Translations under genes and position numbers: made by a program | NCBI GenBank assembly: GCA_964632485.1 | Contig: CAZWDO010000020.1 | Span: forward strand, 52,607-72,606 | DNA from: an uncultured bacterium | Lineage (GTDB): Bacteria > JAGOEH01 | Length of the DNA: 20,000 bases | Direction of reading: 5' to 3' | In this document: piece by piece, positions 16,113 through 20,000 of the stretch | How positions within the stretch are numbered: the stretch's first letter is position 1 | Layout: each line of letters begins with the position of its first letter | The notes under the pieces: model-generated | What the model saw: only the letters and a program-made list of their open reading frames with translations | What the model was told of the DNA's origin: nothing | The model's database searches: none

Positions 16113-17355
16113 AGACGAGATTCTAAAAATTGCCCAAAAAGTAAGCGATAGCCGCAACCAATTGGCGGATGCGGATGAGAGGCTGAAGAACCGGGCATTG
16201 GCCGCCATTCGGGATGCGTTGGAAGGGCATCGTGGCGCGATTCTGGCGGCGAATGCCGAGGATTGCGACGATGCCCGTCAAGCGGGAATCCGACCGGCGC
16301 TGATGGATCGGTTGGCATTGAATGATCAACGGATAGATGAAATGAAAAATGCCTGCGATATCGTCATCGCGCTACCGGACCCCGTGGGTCAGGTGCTCGA
16401 AAGCTGGCGCCAGGCCGCGGGTCTGATGATTCAGAAAGTGCGAACGCCCCTGGGACCGATCGGGATCATTTATGAGTCGCGGCCAAACGTAACGGTGGAA
16501 GCCGCCATTTTAGCCATAAAAGCCGGTAATCCTGTTCTATTAAAAGGAGGCAGCGACGCTCTGCGCTCCAATCTTGCCCTGGTGGCCGCTATGGTGGAGG
16601 GGCTGAAGGCTGCGGAACTCAGCGCGGATTGCGTGGGACTGATACCATCCCGTGATCGCTCATCCGTTGAGGTCATGTTCCAAATGATTGATCAGTTGAG
16701 CGTCATTATTCCTCGCGGCGGCGCCGCATTAATTCAGTATGTTCGTCAAAACAGCCGGGTGCCGGTATTAGAGACCGGTGTTGGCAATTGCCATATTTAT
16801 GTCGATGCGGATGCCGATCTGGAAAAATCTGTGGCGGTGATCGTCAATGCCAAGACCCAGCGGCCCGGAACATGCAATGCCGCTGAAAAAGCGCTGATCC
16901 ATCGCAACATTGCAGCTCAATTTCTACCTTCCCTTTGTGAGGCATTGCTTTCTAGAAATGTCTTGATCAAAGGATGTGAGAAAACCCGCGCGATTATCAA
17001 TGCCGAACCGGCTACAACCGAAGATTGGGAAACGGAATACCTGGATATGATCATTGCGCTTAAAATTGTTGATTCCTGCGATGAAGCGCTTGAACATATC
17101 CGCCGCTATAGTTCCGGACATTCCGAAGCGATTTTAACCAATAATCTGGCTAATGCCCGCATGTTTGCCCGTAAGATTGATTCTGCGGCCGTATATATCA
17201 ATGCTTCGACACGGTTTACTGATGGCGGGCAGTTCGGATTTGGCGCCGAAATCGGTATCAGCACTCAAAAATTTCATGCCCGCGGTCCGATGGGATTGGC
17301 CGAACTCACTTCCTATAAATATGTTCTGGATGGAGATTATACAATTCGTCGCTAA
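16105..17355 (+). CDS. proA: Gamma-glutamyl phosphate reductase (glutamate-5-semialdehyde dehydrogenase)
   Basis: PLGPIGIIYESRPNVT, LKGGSDA, IPRGG, GNCHIYVD, NAKTQRPGTCNAAE, NASTRFTDGGQFGFGAEIGISTQKFHARGPMGL; 8-nt overlap with proC; GGAGG RBS. Confidence 0.97.
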   Translation: MNRDEILKIAQKVSDSRNQLADADERLKNRALAAIRDALEGHRGAILAANAEDCDDARQAGIRPALMDRLALNDQRIDEMKNACDIVIALPDPVGQVLESWRQAAGLMIQKVRTPLGPIGIIYESRPNVTVEAAILAIKAGNPVLLKGGSDALRSNLALVAAMVEGLKAAELSADCVGLIPSRDRSSVEVMFQMIDQLSVIIPRGGAALIQYVRQNSRVPVLETGVGNCHIYVDADADLEKSVAVIVNAKTQRPGTCNAAEKALIHRNIAAQFLPSLCEALLSRNVLIKGCEKTRAIINAEPATTEDWETEYLDMIIALKIVDSCDEALEHIRRYSSGHSEAILTNNLANARMFARKIDSAAVYINASTRFTDGGQFGFGAEIGISTQKFHARGPMGLAELTSYKYVLDGDYTIRR

Positions 17356-17584
17356 TCTTCCAATTGGCATCATGTCGGAATCGGAACAGATTATTATGGA
17401 CGTTTTTTGAATTCTTAGAGAAAATCCATTGGATCGTTAGATTTTTTCGGCTGACAGCCGTTTATCAATATGACTTATGGCGGTATCAGCAAACCGGACG
17501 ATTCGTTTCGCATACTGAGGGAACGGCAAGCATTTTAAACCGCGCGTAGTGTTTGACAGATTAGACTATAAAAAGGAGAGTTCA

Positions 17585-19894
17585 ATGAATCGTAATATCT
17601 ACCGGATAGTTTTCGTGATGAGTCTGGCGGTTTTTTTAACTGCAACCGCCATCTCGGCGCAGACGGTATCCTATGATTTGATCGGCGAATTGGAGCTCAA
17701 GCCGGCCTTGTTGAATAACGCTTATGGCAATTCCATTAAAATGTACGATATCGCGGTGGATCAGCGCCGAGGATTAGCCTACGTAGCCTCCATCGTTACC
17801 TTGAATACAGCCATTATCGATATTATTAACCATCGTGAAGTGGGCAGCGTCAACAGCCGCGATGAAGTCGGTAATCTGATCCATTTACTGGTCAATCCCG
17901 TCAATGGTTATCTGTTGCAGGGGTTCACCGAAGCCGATCCGGTTTATATAAACCTGATCGATCCCGTCTCTGGCGAAATCAAGGGGACAATCACTTTTCC
18001 GGACAATCAGCAGATGCGGGGCATCGATGTTGATCCGACTCAGANNNNNNNNNNNNNNNNNNTTCAGCAAAGCATATTAGTGCTGGACGGCGACGATTTG
18101 ACGGAAGCTGACCGGATCGAGCTGCCTTTTCAGATCGGGGATATCGCGCTGGATTCCGCGGAACGGCTGTTGCTGGTCAATTCGGCGCAACCGGTTAATG
18201 GGCAGGTGAAGATTCGCGTGTTGAGCGCAGATGCTCCTTACGCAAGGGTTCGGGAGTTGAATTATCCTTCATTGCAACCGATGGGACGGATGATGGTCGA
18301 TCGTGAACGGGATGATATTTTTTTAGCGGGGCGATCTACGGTCGCGCAATTAAAACTCTCTGACGGGCAAATCCGGCATATTTTCAATCTGAGCGCCGAT
18401 GCCAATGATTATACCTATGCCGGGATCAACCGCGCCCTATACGCGATTACGCCTGATTATTTCGCGGCCAATGGGGAGAAGGGTTCCTGGAGCTGCGTAT
18501 GGGTTATGAATGGGGAAACTGGCGCCCTCGATTCCATGAAAATGGGGGATAAGGCTTCGCGATTGGAGTTTTATGACGCGACTCATCGACTGGCGTTTCC
18601 CGACATGCATTCCGGCTGGGTAGAGTTCTACGATGTGTTGAGCGGGGCTATTGATTCGGTCGATATCGGAGAATCCAGCGATTATCTGGCGTTATCGCCG
18701 GACAAACAGACTGCTTGGATTGTCAAGCGACTGGGAGGCAGTCGGATCGTTGGCTGGGATCTGGGTTCGGGGGGATGTGTTGAAAAACGGGCCGGAGCCT
18801 GGCCCTCAACCTGCGAGACCGACTCGGCGCTGAATAGGATGTTTATCGTCAATCATTTCGAAAGCAGCGTTTCGGTACTGGATGCCACAACCGGCGATTC
18901 TTTAGCCACCATTCCGCTGGGAACGGATGAAGCCCGAACCGACGCCATTGTAGCCTCATCTCTTGATCCGACATTGCATCGTTTCGCTGCGGCGTTTCCT
19001 GAACTGGAACAAGTGTTCGTAGTGGATGCCGCAACCTATCAGGTTCAGTCCGCCGTCATTCCCGGCTATAGTTTCGATGAAGATCGGGATGCCGCCATCG
19101 GCGTCTTGCAGCCCATATTCGATCCCGAAAATCAGCGCTTATTTGTTTTGATGAAGAACGAAAAAAAATTGGCGGTTTTCGATGCCATGACGTTGATTTT
19201 AATTGACACATTATCGCTGCGGCAGGATTGGAGCGACACTACTGATAATCTGGTCGTTCAATGCCTGGCCGTGGATACGGTACTGAACGAGCTGATGGTG
19301 GGTAATCTGCGTATCGATCTGGCGCAATTGCGCGTAACCGGCTCCTTGCCGAAGGGATCGCTTTATCTGGGCGCCAATGCGGCGCGGAGTCTGGCATATA
19401 GTATGGCATTGGTTAATGATTCGCTTTGGGTTTACGAGCTTCATCCACGAAGCCTGATATCGGTGGGCGAGCGATTTCTCTATTGCGCGCCTGACAAGTA
19501 TCCACCGGTTATCAAATACGACGCGGCGTTGAACGATCTATTTATATTAGAATTTAATAATGCCCATATCCGGCGCTACGATCTGGATCAGCCGGTGGGT
19601 ATGCAAGAAGGGAAGGGGCGTTTTCCCGAAGGCGGGTTACGCATGGACGTGAATTATCCCAATCCGTTCCGGGAATCGTCCCTTATCCGCTTTTTTTTGC
19701 CGGACAGCGGGGAAATGACGCTGGAACTGTTCAACATTGCCGGCGAAAAAGTGCGTGAGTACGATTGCAATGAGTATGGGCCGGGGTGGCGCGAAATTTC
19801 CATTACGGGAGTTGATCTGCCGAGCGGGGTCTATTTTTGCGTTTTACAAGCGGGAAACAAGCGTATCTGCAGGCGTATGACCCTGCTGAAGTAA
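17585..19894 (+). CDS. Secreted YncE/YVTN-like beta-propeller protein with a T9SS type-A C-terminal sorting domain
   Basis: AAGGAG RBS, ATG at 17585, signal peptide (IVFVMSLAVFLTATAISA); repeated blades (IAVDQRRGLAYVAS, RMFIVNHFESSVSVLDATT, IFDPENQRLFV); C-terminal NYPNPF...LELFNIAGEKV...LPSGVYF...RRMTLLK. Contains an in-frame 18-N gap at 18045-18062. Confidence 0.85.
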   Translation: MNRNIYRIVFVMSLAVFLTATAISAQTVSYDLIGELELKPALLNNAYGNSIKMYDIAVDQRRGLAYVASIVTLNTAIIDIINHREVGSVNSRDEVGNLIHLLVNPVNGYLLQGFTEADPVYINLIDPVSGEIKGTITFPDNQQMRGIDVDPTQXXXXXXXQQSILVLDGDDLTEADRIELPFQIGDIALDSAERLLLVNSAQPVNGQVKIRVLSADAPYARVRELNYPSLQPMGRMMVDRERDDIFLAGRSTVAQLKLSDGQIRHIFNLSADANDYTYAGINRALYAITPDYFAANGEKGSWSCVWVMNGETGALDSMKMGDKASRLEFYDATHRLAFPDMHSGWVEFYDVLSGAIDSVDIGESSDYLALSPDKQTAWIVKRLGGSRIVGWDLGSGGCVEKRAGAWPSTCETDSALNRMFIVNHFESSVSVLDATTGDSLATIPLGTDEARTDAIVASSLDPTLHRFAAAFPELEQVFVVDAATYQVQSAVIPGYSFDEDRDAAIGVLQPIFDPENQRLFVLMKNEKKLAVFDAMTLILIDTLSLRQDWSDTTDNLVVQCLAVDTVLNELMVGNLRIDLAQLRVTGSLPKGSLYLGANAARSLAYSMALVNDSLWVYELHPRSLISVGERFLYCAPDKYPPVIKYDAALNDLFILEFNNAHIRRYDLDQPVGMQEGKGRFPEGGLRMDVNYPNPFRESSLIRFFLPDSGEMTLELFNIAGEKVREYDCNEYGPGWREISITGVDLPSGVYFCVLQAGNKRICRRMTLLK

Positions 19895-19923
19895 GGGCGC
19901 CGACTCCCCGCTTACATTCTTTT

Positions 19924-19991
19924 CGTCATTCCGGATTTCCCCTCCGTCATTCCGGACTTGATTGCCCGTGCGGCTCGCACCCGGAATCTAC
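19924..19991. repeat. Palindromic element pair CGTCATTCCGGA...CCGGAATCTAC
   Basis: Direct repeat CGTCATTCCGGA at 19924-19935 and 19945-19956; the second copy closes with CCGGAATCTAC at 19981-19991; same motif family as 9263-9409. Confidence 0.6.
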
Positions 19992-20000
19992 GGGTTTTCG

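Noticed and set aside
17356-17584. 61-aa ORF (17364-17549), proB remnant or structured RNA after proA
   Set aside because: No recognisable motif or RBS; only weak pairing; TTGACA at 17553-17558 has no correctly spaced -10 box.
986-19444. Numerous 60-120 aa antisense or alternate-frame ORFs in the ORF track
   Set aside because: All lie within well-supported genes and have no independent motifs.

Overview
Bacterial chromosomal window from a scaffolded assembly, with N-gaps at 654-663, 2366-2375 and 18045-18062. T9SS/Por-type C-terminal sorting domains suggest an FCB-superphylum lineage (inference). Gene order: carbohydrate cluster (partial GH38 alpha-mannosidase, GH94 phosphorylase, GHL10/DUF187 hydrolase, tkt); MCP and STAS protein; tRNA Gly-Cys-Leu cluster; fabD, stand-alone trpB2, DUF2807 lipoprotein and GT4 on the minus strand; a pseudogene patch (EcoRV-like endonuclease remnant, sorting-domain remnant); proC-proA; and a secreted beta-propeller protein. 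The most striking signal is the trpB2 leader. A perfect sigma70 promoter appears to start transcription at the ATG of a 34-aa Trp-Trp leader peptide. It is followed by a complete 1:2/2:3/3:4 attenuator plus a second terminator with shared arm sequence, so that one ribosome stall could disable both terminators by a relay pairing. Also seen: a SigW-like ECF promoter before the DUF2807 gene, a second apparently leaderless gene, GTCATTCC...GGAATC palindromic elements, and evidence that the first gap joins two different GH94 copies.
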